Part shown: positions 19,917 to 30,412 of the stretch, one piece after another
How positions within the stretch are numbered: position 1 is the stretch's first letter
Layout: each line of letters opens with the position of its first letter
From: a bacterium
Lineage (GTDB): Bacteria > Bdellovibrionota_C > UBA2361 > CALJRW01
Direction of reading: 5' to 3'
Assembly (NCBI GenBank): GCA_031385045.1
Contig: JANNBC010000031.1
Span: 1-54,018, forward strand
DNA length: 54,018 bases
The notes under the pieces: model-generated
Database searches by the model: none
Told to the model about the DNA's origin: nothing
Seen by the model: the letters and a program-made list of their open reading frames with translations, nothing else
Made by a program: the position numbers and the translations under genes

Positions 19917-20474
19917 TTATTGTTTAATAAAGACTTGAATATTTAGTATCCGATCTTTAGCCTTAAGTTTCGAAAGGACATCAATACCTTTAATAACTTT
20001 ACCAAAGACCGTAAATTGTCCGTCCATGTGTGGTGCATCAGCAAGTAAAATTCTAAATTGACTGCTATGAGAATTACGATCGTGACTAACATCTAAAAAA
20101 TCTGGCTTACGAACCATGGAAAGTGATCCAAGTTGATGTTTATGCTCGTTAAATTCTGCTGGAATTGTATATTTGGGACCACTTGCTGGATCAGAATTGG
20201 CCGCACCAGTCTGGGCTAGGTATCCTTCTTGGAAAATATGAAAAGGTGAATTCCGATAATAGTTTCGATCGGCCAAGTATTTAAAATTAGCAACGTGCCA
20301 AGGGGCATCTTTGGGGTATAAACGAACATAGAGTTGTCCAGCAGTAGTATTAATTATTGCCCCGCGAATTTTTTTTAATTCATTGGCACTTGGTAGTGGA
20401 AATGGTGGTTCTGCCCAAAGCTGATTACCAAGTAAAATTAAAATCAAAAAAATAGTTCTTAATAACTTATCCAT
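19917..20474 (-). CDS. Cyclophilin-type peptidyl-prolyl isomerase (exported)
   Basis: Signal peptide; APWHVANF, SQF and DGQFTVFGKV motifs. Confidence 0.85.
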   Translation of the reverse strand: MDKLLRTIFLILILLGNQLWAEPPFPLPSANELKKIRGAIINTTAGQLYVRLYPKDAPWHVANFKYLADRNYYRNSPFHIFQEGYLAQTGAANSDPASGPKYTIPAEFNEHKHQLGSLSMVRKPDFLDVSHDRNSHSSQFRILLADAPHMDGQFTVFGKVIKGIDVLSKLKAKDRILNIQVFIKQ

Positions 20475-20480
20475 TATCTA

Positions 20481-22700
20481 TTATAGTAAATCTTGTGGAT
20501 CTAAATCTAAACTAAACCTAATCTTTTTGTTAGTAGTCTTTTCGTTCTGAAAAAATTTCATAATTAGTTGTAATTGGGAGGTGCTTTTAGATTTACAAAG
20601 ATAGTGCCAGCGATAATGCTTTCGAACTTTAGCAATTGGAGCTGTGACCGGCCCAAGTAAACTAAGTTGTAAATTATTTGTTTCAATTAGTTTAATTAAC
20701 CTTGGTTGTAGCTTTTGTAGGTACTTAGGAATTGCGGCTTCATCTTCAGAACTAATTACAATTCTTAGGATTTTACAAAATGGTGGATAATTTAAAGCTT
20801 TTCTTGTTTGAAGTTCTTCATTAACAAATCCCAGGTAATCGTCATTTTGAGCAAAGGCAATGCTGGGGTGCGCCGGTTGGCGTGTTTGAAAAAAAACTTT
20901 TCCTGGAAGATCTCCGCGCCCTGCTCGTCCCGCAACTTGAGTTAGTAACTGAAAGACTCTTTCGCTAGCACGAAAGTCGGGAAAATTTAAGCCAACATCA
21001 CAGTCAATTACTCCAACTAAGGTTACGTTTGGTAAATCATGTCCTTTGGCAATCATTTGAGTACCGATTAAAATATCAATTTTGTTTTCACGTGCCTTTG
21101 TTAAGATTGTTCGGTATTCACTGGATGATTTAACCAGGTCGCGATCTAATCGAGCGATTTGTGCGCTTGGAAATAAATCGCTTAACTCTTGATCGATTTT
21201 TTCTGTTCCTGATCCGCGAAGTCTCCAGCCTGCTAGGGGATGCTCTAAGACTTTAGTTTTTTTACAAGCTAGGCAACGATCGAAAATTGCCGATTGGTAT
21301 CCGCAAGCATGACAAAGAAGTAATGTCTTATGTTGATAATAAGTCAGGGTCAGATCGCAATGCGGGCATTTTATAGATGCATTACAACTTTCACATTCTA
21401 AGTACGAAGCAAATCCACGACGGTTATAGAGAATAAAACTTTGTTGATGATTTTTTAAATTGAAGGCAATTTCTTCAGCAAGTTGTTTGGAGATATTAGT
21501 AGAGGCAAAATCCTTCTTCTTAAGTTTAGCAAGATCAATGATCTTAATTTGATTTTCTCGAGCACTACTATGTTTCTTTCTAAGCTTTAGGATCTGATAC
21601 TTATCAAGTTTAAAATTATAAATAGATTCTAGTGTTGGAGTAGCAGAACCTAAAACTACTGGACAGTTGCAAAGTTGAGCGCGCTTTACTGCCAGATCGC
21701 GACCGTGATATCTAAAATTATCAGACTGTTTATAAGAACTATCATGTTCCTCATCGACAATAATCAATCCCAGATTGGGAACAGGAGCAAAGACTGCCGA
21801 TCTGACTCCAATCACAACTTGAATTTCACTATCCAAAAGACTTTGCCAAGCATGCCAGCGATTCTTTGCACCTAGATCGCTGTGTAGAACGGCAAAGTTT
21901 GTTTTTAATCGACTAGCAAAACGATCAATTAGTTGAGGAGTTAGAGCAATTTCTGGAACTAGTAGCATGACTCCCTTGTTCTGAGCGATAGCTGTTTCAC
22001 AAAGGTCTAAATAGACCTCAGTCTTGCCACTTCCAGTAACCCCAAATAACAAAAAGGCTTGGAATGAACCAGCAGTGAGTGATTCATTGATTGCCTTAAA
22101 GGCTTTTGTTTGATCGGGGTTTAATTCAATCAGTTTTTCAGGGTATGCTTTGGCATACTTGGCACCATCAAAAATTGTCTTTTGTTTTTCATGACTAATC
22201 TTAATTACTTTATTCTCAAGTAACTTTTTTAAAATAGGTCGAGCGGTTGGAAAAAGTTTTAAGAGTTGTTCTTTACTTACTGGAACAGAGTGCTCTTTTA
22301 AGAAATCAATAATTCTTACTTGGGTTTTACCCTTAACTGCTACCTCTTCCGAATTTAGTTCAATAAACGATTTGATTTTAGAAGCAGAGTAACTGGGAAT
22401 AATTTGTGGTAAAATTCTGCTTAAGCTTTCTTGGTAATAGTTAGTCATCCATTCGATAAACTTGAACTGTTCTGAATTTAAACATTGATGACTGACAGTA
22501 TCATCAGGAATAATTTTTAGTTGATAGTTTGCTCCTAGTTCTGCTGAGCAATTCATTTCTAAGATGATGCCTTCTTTTAATCGTCCCCGAAAATTGACGT
22601 TAAGGCGTGATCCCACAGCTAGAGACTTAGCAAGTTGATCGGAAACCTGATAAGAAAAGGGCATTTCAAAGGGGTAGATGGCGAGTTTAACTATCTGCAT
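20481..22700 (-). CDS. priA: Primosomal protein N'
   Basis: GVTGSGKTEVY, VPEIALTPQ, DEEH, four CxxC pairs and GTQMIAKG. Confidence 0.95.
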   Translation of the reverse strand: MQIVKLAIYPFEMPFSYQVSDQLAKSLAVGSRLNVNFRGRLKEGIILEMNCSAELGANYQLKIIPDDTVSHQCLNSEQFKFIEWMTNYYQESLSRILPQIIPSYSASKIKSFIELNSEEVAVKGKTQVRIIDFLKEHSVPVSKEQLLKLFPTARPILKKLLENKVIKISHEKQKTIFDGAKYAKAYPEKLIELNPDQTKAFKAINESLTAGSFQAFLLFGVTGSGKTEVYLDLCETAIAQNKGVMLLVPEIALTPQLIDRFASRLKTNFAVLHSDLGAKNRWHAWQSLLDSEIQVVIGVRSAVFAPVPNLGLIIVDEEHDSSYKQSDNFRYHGRDLAVKRAQLCNCPVVLGSATPTLESIYNFKLDKYQILKLRKKHSSARENQIKIIDLAKLKKKDFASTNISKQLAEEIAFNLKNHQQSFILYNRRGFASYLECESCNASIKCPHCDLTLTYYQHKTLLLCHACGYQSAIFDRCLACKKTKVLEHPLAGWRLRGSGTEKIDQELSDLFPSAQIARLDRDLVKSSSEYRTILTKARENKIDILIGTQMIAKGHDLPNVTLVGVIDCDVGLNFPDFRASERVFQLLTQVAGRAGRGDLPGKVFFQTRQPAHPSIAFAQNDDYLGFVNEELQTRKALNYPPFCKILRIVISSEDEAAIPKYLQKLQPRLIKLIETNNLQLSLLGPVTAPIAKVRKHYRWHYLCKSKSTSQLQLIMKFFQNEKTTNKKIRFSLDLDPQDLL

Positions 22701-23086
22701 ATTAAAACCATGTTTTACTAGTCAGCATAGTCGCGGAGCTTGAGAAGTAAAAAAAATATCTTTGATCATTGTCTACTGTTGAAGTGCACACTCTGTTTGG
22801 GCAGCGTAGATCACTAAAACTTTTCCTAAAAAACTTATTACTACATGCTTATACAGGCAACTGTGCAAGCGTCAAAAACATATTTCTCCCAATGTTAAAT
22901 TATTAACTGTTGCAACTAATTATAACAGATTAGAATCATACTTAAAGGTTAGGTAGTGAATTACAAATTTCCTTTAGATCGCTAGCTTTGCTGAGGTAAG
23001 TTGTTGAATTTACTAGTGAGCCTATGTTGGCTGTTGGGTGATTAGCCAGATATTAAATTGGAATGACTTTGTTATTCCTAAATTAT

Positions 23087-23113
23087 TAAAGATTTACGAA
23101 TTGCTGGCGATAT
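23087..23113 (+). promoter_or_regulatory. Sigma28-like promoter upstream of pilM
   Basis: TAAA-N15-GGCGATAT versus the FliA consensus TAAA-N15-GCCGATAA. Confidence 0.45.
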
Positions 23114-23159
23114 AAATTGCTAATTATTGTCAGTTATAATTTATAAGAATATTAATCTC

Positions 23160-24245
23160 ATGAGTATTAAAGATTTATTAGTCCCTAAAGAACAGTTGGT
23201 GGCTCTGGATATTGGTTCCGGTAATATCAAGATGTTGGAAATTGATGTTAGCGGATCTAAACCACACCTAACTAAACTATCAATTGTAAATTTCAATGAT
23301 AACGTTTTCAATAATAATATTATTGTACAGAAAGAAATTGTCTCGGAGGCAATTAGTTCGCTTTATAAAGATAATGAACTTAAAAAATTAAGAGCTAATA
23401 TCTGCGTACCTGGACCAGCAGCCTTGATGAAAAAAATTAGAATTCCTAAAACTAAAGCTGCCGCACTGCGCGAGCAAATTATGTTAGAAGCAGCTAGTAT
23501 TTTACCAGGTAGCATAAAGGATGTGATGATTGATTATCACATCTTGGATACAAGCCAAGAAAACTCTTATGACGTCTTAGTCGTTGCTGTTAAAAATGAA
23601 GTTGTAGACAGCTATCTAATGTCTTTAGAGGGTGCTGGTGTTGACACTGCGGTTGTTGATATTGATTATTATGCAATTAATAATGCCTTTGAATTAAATT
23701 ACCCGGAGTTAAAACAAGAGCTGATTGCAATTATTGATGTTGGGAGTCGCTTCTCTAATATTATTTTGCGACAGAATGACGAGATTCTATATGCTGGAGA
23801 TGTTTCTATTGGGGGACAAGAGTTAACGGATGAACTAGTTAATCGGTTTGACTTAGAAAAATTTGATGCTGAAAAATATAAGTTTGACTATCGGAATATT
23901 AAAGATGAGCAGTTACAGAAGAAGATAGTGGAGTTTCTTTCTAATAAAGTTGCTAGTCTAGCTAAAGATTTTTCTCGCCAGTTAAATTTGTTCTGGGGTT
24001 CTTCTGGTGCCGAAATGAAAATCAATCAAATTTTCTTAACAGGTGGAGGAAGTTTAATTAGTGGATTTAAGCAAGCGTTAGAAAGTGTTTCTGGTACAGA
24101 TGTCTATTTGTTTGATCCATTTCGAGTAATGGAAATTAATTTAGATATTGATGAATCCTCCTTGGCAGAATTAGCGCCATTGTTTACTGTTGCCGTAGGT
24201 CTAGGAATTAGACAAGCCGGCGATCGAATTAAACCTAAAAATTAG
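23160..24245 (+). CDS. pilM: Type IV pilus assembly protein PilM
   Basis: Actin-like LDIGS, IDVGS, LTGGGS and AVGLGIR motifs; first gene of an M-N-O run. The ATG at 23160 is preferred over the TTG at 23127. Confidence 0.92.
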   Translation: MSIKDLLVPKEQLVALDIGSGNIKMLEIDVSGSKPHLTKLSIVNFNDNVFNNNIIVQKEIVSEAISSLYKDNELKKLRANICVPGPAALMKKIRIPKTKAAALREQIMLEAASILPGSIKDVMIDYHILDTSQENSYDVLVVAVKNEVVDSYLMSLEGAGVDTAVVDIDYYAINNAFELNYPELKQELIAIIDVGSRFSNIILRQNDEILYAGDVSIGGQELTDELVNRFDLEKFDAEKYKFDYRNIKDEQLQKKIVEFLSNKVASLAKDFSRQLNLFWGSSGAEMKINQIFLTGGGSLISGFKQALESVSGTDVYLFDPFRVMEINLDIDESSLAELAPLFTVAVGLGIRQAGDRIKPKN

Positions 24246-24253
24246 AAGCAGTC

Positions 24254-24988
24254 ATGATTAAGATTAACTTATTAGGTGATACCACCAAAATTGACCATAC
24301 CAATCGCTTTCTGTTGTTTGGCTTTTGCACAATCCTGCTTTTAAGTTTGGTGGTTTGTTATAAATTATATAACCAAACACAATTAGAGATTACTCAACAC
24401 AATTTAAAATTAGCTAGTTTGAAAGAGCAGCTTTCCACTCTGGAAAAAAGAACGAGGGTAGTTAAGGATTTAGAAACGAAAAAAACAGAGATCCGAGGAA
24501 AGTTACTTGTATTAGCAAAGCTACGAAAAAATCGGATGGGACCGGTTAAAGTGCTTGATGATTTAAATATATCATTACCAGAAACTGTTTGGCTGCAATC
24601 GGTTAAGGAGGGTGAAGGAAATACTCTAGAGCTTAAGGGCCGGGCACTTGATAACCAAAACATCGCCTTGTTTATTAAACAGATCCAAGAGTCAAATTAT
24701 TTTACAAACGTTGACTTAAAGGAATCTAAGCAGGTTTATTTCTCTAAGAAGACCGGAGCTTTTAGCGCCTCTCCTGATGAATCAACTCGTGACGGCACGG
24801 GCAAGTTCTCTAGTCGGAATAAAGATGTTGTTAGAAGTGGTGCGATTTCTGAAGCAAACGTTCGTGTTAAGGAATTTATTATTATGGCAGAATTTAGTTA
24901 TGCTGGTTTAGTGGATGTTAGAAAAGATGATGTTGCAGAGGGAGAAGAAGTTGAATTTCCTGAATTAGCGGAACTAGAGGATTTATAA
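24254..24988 (+). CDS. pilN: Type IV pilus assembly protein PilN
   Basis: MIKINLL motif, TM helix, coiled coil and PETVWL. Confidence 0.92.
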   Translation: MIKINLLGDTTKIDHTNRFLLFGFCTILLLSLVVCYKLYNQTQLEITQHNLKLASLKEQLSTLEKRTRVVKDLETKKTEIRGKLLVLAKLRKNRMGPVKVLDDLNISLPETVWLQSVKEGEGNTLELKGRALDNQNIALFIKQIQESNYFTNVDLKESKQVYFSKKTGAFSASPDESTRDGTGKFSSRNKDVVRSGAISEANVRVKEFIIMAEFSYAGLVDVRKDDVAEGEEVEFPELAELEDL

Positions 24989-25022
24989 TTTCCGTTTTTA
25001 GTTAAGAGTAATAGATAAGAAG

Positions 25023-25646
25023 ATGAAAAAATATCTCGATAAATTGGCTAATTTACCTATGATTCAAAGGATCGGTTTAGGTTTGGTCTTGATTCTTTTG
25101 GTAATGGCTGGGTTCTGGCAGTTTCTTTACACCGATTTAAATATTAAAAGCTCGGAGCTTGAGCAGGAAGTTGAGAATTTAGAGACAAAAATTGTTCAAG
25201 AACGAAAAATTTCTCGTAATTTAGAGAAATTTCAAGCAGAAGCAAAAGAGCAAGATGAATTGTTAGCGAATGTTTTAAGGGAACTTCCAGATCGTAAGGA
25301 GATTGAAGGTTTTTTAAGATCTATTTCAGTCTTGGCGATTGATACTGGATTAGAAGTCTTGGAGTTCACTCCACTTCCAGAAGAGAAAATTGATTATTTA
25401 GCAAATTTACCAGTTGATATTAAATTAGAAGGGACCTTTCATCAGCTATTAACTTTTTTTGATGAAGTTGCTCACCTACCACGAATTGTGAATATTGATA
25501 AGGTCAGTCTTAATGTCTTGAAAGAGGCTGGTGAAGAAATCGTTTTACAATTTAACTGTCGAGCAACTACCTTTCGCTATCTTGATGAGTCAGAACGTCC
25601 TGTGCAGGGTGAAGAAGGTGAACAAAATCGCCGTCGTCGACGATAG
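25023..25646 (+). CDS. pilO: Type IV pilus assembly protein PilO
   Basis: TM helix, coiled coil, LPDRKEI and GTFHQL..F...LPRIV. Confidence 0.92.
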   Translation: MKKYLDKLANLPMIQRIGLGLVLILLVMAGFWQFLYTDLNIKSSELEQEVENLETKIVQERKISRNLEKFQAEAKEQDELLANVLRELPDRKEIEGFLRSISVLAIDTGLEVLEFTPLPEEKIDYLANLPVDIKLEGTFHQLLTFFDEVAHLPRIVNIDKVSLNVLKEAGEEIVLQFNCRATTFRYLDESERPVQGEEGEQNRRRRR

Positions 25647-25771
25647 TATATTTGTTTTCCCCACCTAAAATGCTTATCAAATAAGCATTTAGCCTGAGCG
25701 ACCCCCTCGGTTCGCTTCAAGCTCTTCGCGCTTGATCTACTAGGCGACTAATTTTAGAACATTAATTTCTA
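25644..25771. repeat. Second copy of the hairpin-rich element at 247-375
   Basis: About 8 differences over 129 nt by manual alignment; begins at the pilO TAG stop. Confidence 0.9.
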
Positions 25772-25803
25772 GGATATTACGTTCCAGTGTTGTTGAAGGG
25801 AAC

Positions 25804-27165
25804 CTAGTTCTTGGGTTCGTTATACTTTTCCAATACTGGAATGTTATAGAGCCTTTTGATCTCTAAAAATTTTTCCTCAATGTGTCCTTCATACCACTTT
25901 TGATCCCACCAGCTAAGTGGATTAGTTTGGTATCCAGAAATTAAAATCTCTAGACCATAGCCAATTTTGCGAGCTAGTCCAGTTTGTCCCGCAATCCCAA
26001 TCTCTAACCCCTTTTCTACTAGCTGACCTTCTTCGGCGACCAATTGATCGAGGTGTGAGTACATCGAGCTAAGGCCTAAGCCGTGATTGATGATAATTGT
26101 TTTCCCTCGGAGTGGTAACTCTCCCGCAAAGATTATTTGTCCTTTTTGCAGAGCTATTACAGGTTGTTCAGCTTTTGTATTTAAAAAGAATCCGGGAGAT
26201 CTTATTTCAATAAACTCTTGAGTATCAACTGAAAATTTTAAACTATCATGATAAGCAAAATTAACGACTCCTTCTGCTTGCAAAAAACTACCTGACCAAA
26301 GCATTTGACCTGATGCTACTTGAGCAAGGACATTTTTAATCTGTTCTTGTTCTAATTGCAGCAACTTGCTGTAGTTTTGAGCAACTTCTGAAACATTTTC
26401 AGAGGCCGTTGCTGTTAAGAAAGTCTTTAGAAAAGTGGGTTCCACTTTAATTTTTTGGAGACCAAATTTTCTGGTCATTAAATTAAACGTGAATCCAGCA
26501 GATACTTTATTTCCACTTTGATCAATCGCAACCAAGCGAGGCGGAGAGGTGTCTTCTGAGTCAATAGAAAAAAATGCAATAAATAAATTAGGATCTCGAA
26601 AGGTCACATCAACTAATCTAGCGGGGAATCCTTGATAAAATTTATTGCCTTGTTGCACCCCTGAATTTGCTAGAAATTTATCAGTTGCTTGGTAAAAGAT
26701 TGGCTCAACTCCTCCTAGCATTGTGTTGTGTTGAGCGGAGACAGCTTTAATTTTAGGAGCATCGTAATCAAGCGTTGCTGAGAATTTTTTTTTATTAAAA
26801 TTACTAAAATAACTGCGATCGAAGACTCTTAGTTCAAAATCAATTTTACCTTGTGGAAAATTAAACTTTGTAAGATCAACTAAGATTGTCTCTTCAATTG
26901 ATTTTTCACCGGTTAGACTTTTTTTGAAAATATCATTTAGTTTATTACGATAGATTACGCGCAGTGAAAATCCGGAAAGACCTGACAAGTGATCACTAAG
27001 TTTAATTTTTAGTTGGTAGGGATCTTTGTTTAATCCTGATGGCGGATTAATAATTTCAATCGTGGGACCTTCCCGATCTAATAAATAGTTAGTACCACCA
27101 AGATAAGCTAAGCTTGTCAAGGCGGTGACTAGGATTAATAAAAGTAGCAGTAGAATTTTATTCAA
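25804..27165 (-). CDS. M23/LytM family peptidase-like protein, probably degenerate
   Basis: C-terminal GKTIIINHGLGLSSMYSHL...GQTG...NP..W and an N-terminal membrane anchor; no clear HxxxD motif. Confidence 0.8.
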   Translation of the reverse strand: MNKILLLLLLILVTALTSLAYLGGTNYLLDREGPTIEIINPPSGLNKDPYQLKIKLSDHLSGLSGFSLRVIYRNKLNDIFKKSLTGEKSIEETILVDLTKFNFPQGKIDFELRVFDRSYFSNFNKKKFSATLDYDAPKIKAVSAQHNTMLGGVEPIFYQATDKFLANSGVQQGNKFYQGFPARLVDVTFRDPNLFIAFFSIDSEDTSPPRLVAIDQSGNKVSAGFTFNLMTRKFGLQKIKVEPTFLKTFLTATASENVSEVAQNYSKLLQLEQEQIKNVLAQVASGQMLWSGSFLQAEGVVNFAYHDSLKFSVDTQEFIEIRSPGFFLNTKAEQPVIALQKGQIIFAGELPLRGKTIIINHGLGLSSMYSHLDQLVAEEGQLVEKGLEIGIAGQTGLARKIGYGLEILISGYQTNPLSWWDQKWYEGHIEEKFLEIKRLYNIPVLEKYNEPKN

Positions 27166-28072
27166 AGTCGATATTTTGGTAATTGTCTTTTAGAAATGTC
27201 TTGAGCTTATCTTTCACTTGATTTTCAATTTGTCGGACTCGCTCTACACTGATATTTAATTGATCAGCTAACTCCTGTAAAGTTTTTTTGTTATCTTGCA
27301 AGAGTCGCTCTTGTAAAATAACACGTTGGTTATTATTGATTGAGGTCGCAAATTCACTCAAAGCCTTTTTGATTAGAGCATCGAGCTCTTCTCTTAGCAA
27401 CAGTTGCTCCGCATTAGGAGATTGGTTGGCTAAGACGGCATGATGATCACTGTTTTCATCATCTGCTAATGGCGCATCTACTGAAAATTCTGAGTTACCC
27501 ATCCTTTGTTGCATCTCAATAACTTCGGATTCTTTAACATTTAGTTTTTCAGCTAAGAGTTTAGGGGTAGCCGAAAATCCTTCTCTTTCTAATTTGGCTT
27601 TCTCTTTACTTAGATTAAAAAACAGTTTTTTCTGAGCCTGGGTAGTCCCGATTTTAACCATTCTCCAATTGGCTAAGACATATTTGATAATATAGGCTTT
27701 AATCCACCAGGAAGCATAAGAGGGTAAGCGCACGCCCCGATTGGGATCGAAATTTTTAACAGCTTCCATCAGTCCAATATTGCCCTCTTGGATTAGATCC
27801 AACATATTTTTGGCAACTTTTTGATATTCTCTGGCAATTTTCACTACTAGCCAGAGGTTAGAAGAAACTAGTTTATAAGCTTTTTGTAGGTCACCATCTT
27901 TTAAGAAATTAAGTGCTAGGTCTTTTTCCTCCTCTGCCGTTAACCTTGGAAGCTGACTAATTTCTCTTAAATAAGCTTTTAGTGGGTCATAAGGTACAAC
28001 TTGGTTACTACTAGAGATAGGCTTATGAGGATTTTTAGAAACAACAGGGCTTAAATTTTTCTCTTTAACCAA
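27158..28072 (-). CDS. rpoH: RNA polymerase sigma factor, RpoH (sigma32) family
   Basis: DLIQEGNIGL, the RpoH box QKKLFFNL and ERVRQIE. Confidence 0.88.
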   Translation of the reverse strand: MVKEKNLSPVVSKNPHKPISSSNQVVPYDPLKAYLREISQLPRLTAEEEKDLALNFLKDGDLQKAYKLVSSNLWLVVKIAREYQKVAKNMLDLIQEGNIGLMEAVKNFDPNRGVRLPSYASWWIKAYIIKYVLANWRMVKIGTTQAQKKLFFNLSKEKAKLEREGFSATPKLLAEKLNVKESEVIEMQQRMGNSEFSVDAPLADDENSDHHAVLANQSPNAEQLLLREELDALIKKALSEFATSINNNQRVILQERLLQDNKKTLQELADQLNISVERVRQIENQVKDKLKTFLKDNYQNIDFE

Positions 28073-28388
28073 TTTTATAATATCCAGTTAGGTAAATTTT
28101 TGACACAAATTGGAACACCCTGTGATCGTTTTTTGGCAATAATTATCTTATAACTCTAAATGCGTATTTTATCCAAAGTCGACCTAAGTTTTGCTTCTAA
28201 AGGCATAATTTTATAATCTTGTTTTACAAACATCGATTGTCTAACTAGCTGTTTTTATTTAAATTTTTATGAAATTTTGGCACTTGATCGAAATAATCCA
28301 AGAAAAAGTCATGTTCACTTAGTGATTAAGGCCAAGGTTCCCCAGAATGAAGATATTTAACTAAAAATTGCATCAAAATAGTAATTGC

Positions 28389-28437
28389 TGACAAATTTTG
28401 TCAAAGGAACTCAAGAAAAATCATCCTTTGACGATAA
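28389..28437 (+). promoter_or_regulatory. TGACAAA-T-TTTGTCA operator plus sigma28-like promoter upstream of pilB
   Basis: Perfect inverted repeat at 28389-28403; TCAA-N15-GACGATAA at 28411-28437. Confidence 0.55.
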
Positions 28438-28478
28438 CTGCTATGGCTTAATGCATAAGGTTCTTTAGGTTTAAATTA

Positions 28479-30191
28479 ATGTCCTCAACTCGAATCGGTG
28501 AATTACTGGTTAAAGCAAATGTGATTACCCAAGAGCAGTTTCAAACTGTGCTGGCGGAGCCATCCTTTCAAGAGAAATTTATTGGAACCTTACTAGTTGA
28601 AAAAGAGTTCATGACTGAGCATGATTTTGTTGATGCCCTAGCCTCACAATATGGGATGCCTGTAGCTGAAATCGAAGAGCTAGAATTAGATCAAACATTA
28701 CTTAAATTAATTCCTGAAAGCCTAGCTAATAAGCACGGATTACTTCCAATCGTTAAGACTGAAAAATTTTTAACTGTGGCGATGTTCGATCCATCGAATG
28801 TTAATGCTTTAAATGAAGTTAAATTTATCACCGGACTGGATGTGCAGGTTACCTTATCCTCCGAAAGAGCAATTAAAGCGAAACAAGAAAATATTAGTAA
28901 AAGTAAAAATCTAAATCTCTCTGAGATTATGGGAGATTTAAACGAAGAAGAGCTTCAAGAATTAGAAGTTGTCGAAGAAGATGAAATAAATCTAACTGAG
29001 TTAGAAAAAGCTTCTGAAGATGCTCCTGTAGTAAAATTAGTTAATGCGATTTTGCATGACGCCATGAAGCGTAAAGCCTCAGATATTCATATCGAACCTT
29101 ATGAAAAAAGTTTTCGTGTTAGATTTCGAATCGATGGTGTCTTGCAAGAGATCATGAAGCCACCCATAAAATTAAAAAATGCGATGACTTCTAGGTTGAA
29201 GATTATGGCACGATTAGATATTTCAGAACGTCGATTACCACAGGATGGTCGTATTAAATTAAAATTACCGGAAGGCCGAGGGGAGATGGACTTTCGAGTA
29301 AACGTGTTACCGACATTATTTGGCGAGAAGGTTGTAATGCGTTTATTAGATAAATCAAATCTCCAATTAGATATGACAAAACTTGGGTTTTTCCCAGAAC
29401 AATTAGCTGATTTTAAAAGTGCAATTGGTAAACCACATGGAATGGTTCTTGTTACGGGACCAACAGGTTCTGGTAAGACAACAACACTTTATTCGGCATT
29501 ATCCGAGCTTAACCAAGTTGGTACAAATATTAGTACCGCGGAAGATCCAGTTGAATTTAACTTACCTGGAATTAATCAGGCTCAGATGCATGATGATATT
29601 GGATATAACTTCGCATCTGCGCTTCGTGCATTTCTTCGACAGGATCCAGATATTATCATGGTGGGGGAGATTCGTGATTATGAAACTGCCGAGATCGGAA
29701 TTAAAGCTTCACTTACCGGTCACTTAGTTTTATCTACGTTACACACTAACTCTGCTCCTGCTACGGTGAGTCGACTTTTAAACATGGGTGTTGAACCATT
29801 TCTTGTAGCCTCTTCCTTAAGTGTTGTAGTTGCTCAAAGACTTGGTCGGAAAGTTTGTGCAGGATGTTCGGAGCCTGATCCCGATCGAAATATTCCAGTT
29901 TTAATGGCAGCTGGTCTTAGTGAGCAAGAGGCCAAAACTTGTAACCTGCGACGTGGTGCTGGTTGTGATGTCTGTGGCAAGACTGGATATAAGGGTCGAA
30001 TTGCCTTCTATGAAGTTATGTTGATCACAGAACCACTAAAAGAATTCATTCTAAATGGCGCTTCTTCCATTGAGTTAGGGCGAGAAGCAGAGCGTAATGG
30101 GATGATAAGTTTAAGAAGATCCGGTTTATTACATTTAATGCAAGGTGGAACTACTTTAGAGGAAGTACTAAGGGTAACTACAGTTGATTAA
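28479..30191 (+). CDS. pilB: Type IV-A pilus assembly ATPase PilB
   Basis: MshEN-like RIGELLV, ASDIHIEP, GPTGSGKTT, LRQDPD and Cys zinc motifs. Confidence 0.95.
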   Translation: MSSTRIGELLVKANVITQEQFQTVLAEPSFQEKFIGTLLVEKEFMTEHDFVDALASQYGMPVAEIEELELDQTLLKLIPESLANKHGLLPIVKTEKFLTVAMFDPSNVNALNEVKFITGLDVQVTLSSERAIKAKQENISKSKNLNLSEIMGDLNEEELQELEVVEEDEINLTELEKASEDAPVVKLVNAILHDAMKRKASDIHIEPYEKSFRVRFRIDGVLQEIMKPPIKLKNAMTSRLKIMARLDISERRLPQDGRIKLKLPEGRGEMDFRVNVLPTLFGEKVVMRLLDKSNLQLDMTKLGFFPEQLADFKSAIGKPHGMVLVTGPTGSGKTTTLYSALSELNQVGTNISTAEDPVEFNLPGINQAQMHDDIGYNFASALRAFLRQDPDIIMVGEIRDYETAEIGIKASLTGHLVLSTLHTNSAPATVSRLLNMGVEPFLVASSLSVVVAQRLGRKVCAGCSEPDPDRNIPVLMAAGLSEQEAKTCNLRRGAGCDVCGKTGYKGRIAFYEVMLITEPLKEFILNGASSIELGREAERNGMISLRRSGLLHLMQGGTTLEEVLRVTTVD

Positions 30192-30412
30192 ATGGGTAAA
30201 TTTGTAGCAGTTTTTTTATGCTAAAACTTTAGTTTAGGAATAAACTTGGCGAAACTAAACTGCTGATAATTATAAGAAATTATAATTAAGAAAGAATTTT
30301 TTTGGTAAAAGATAAATTAAATTTTCTTTTACCAAGTGTAATTTTGATTTTTAAATATTTCAGATTTGGCTTACCCCAATTTTTGAAATCACTATCATAG
30401 CGGAGAACAAAT

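Noticed and set aside
23105..23120. TGGCGATATAAATTGC as a sigma54 promoter for pilM
   Set aside because: GG-to-GC spacing is 11 nt rather than the required 10.
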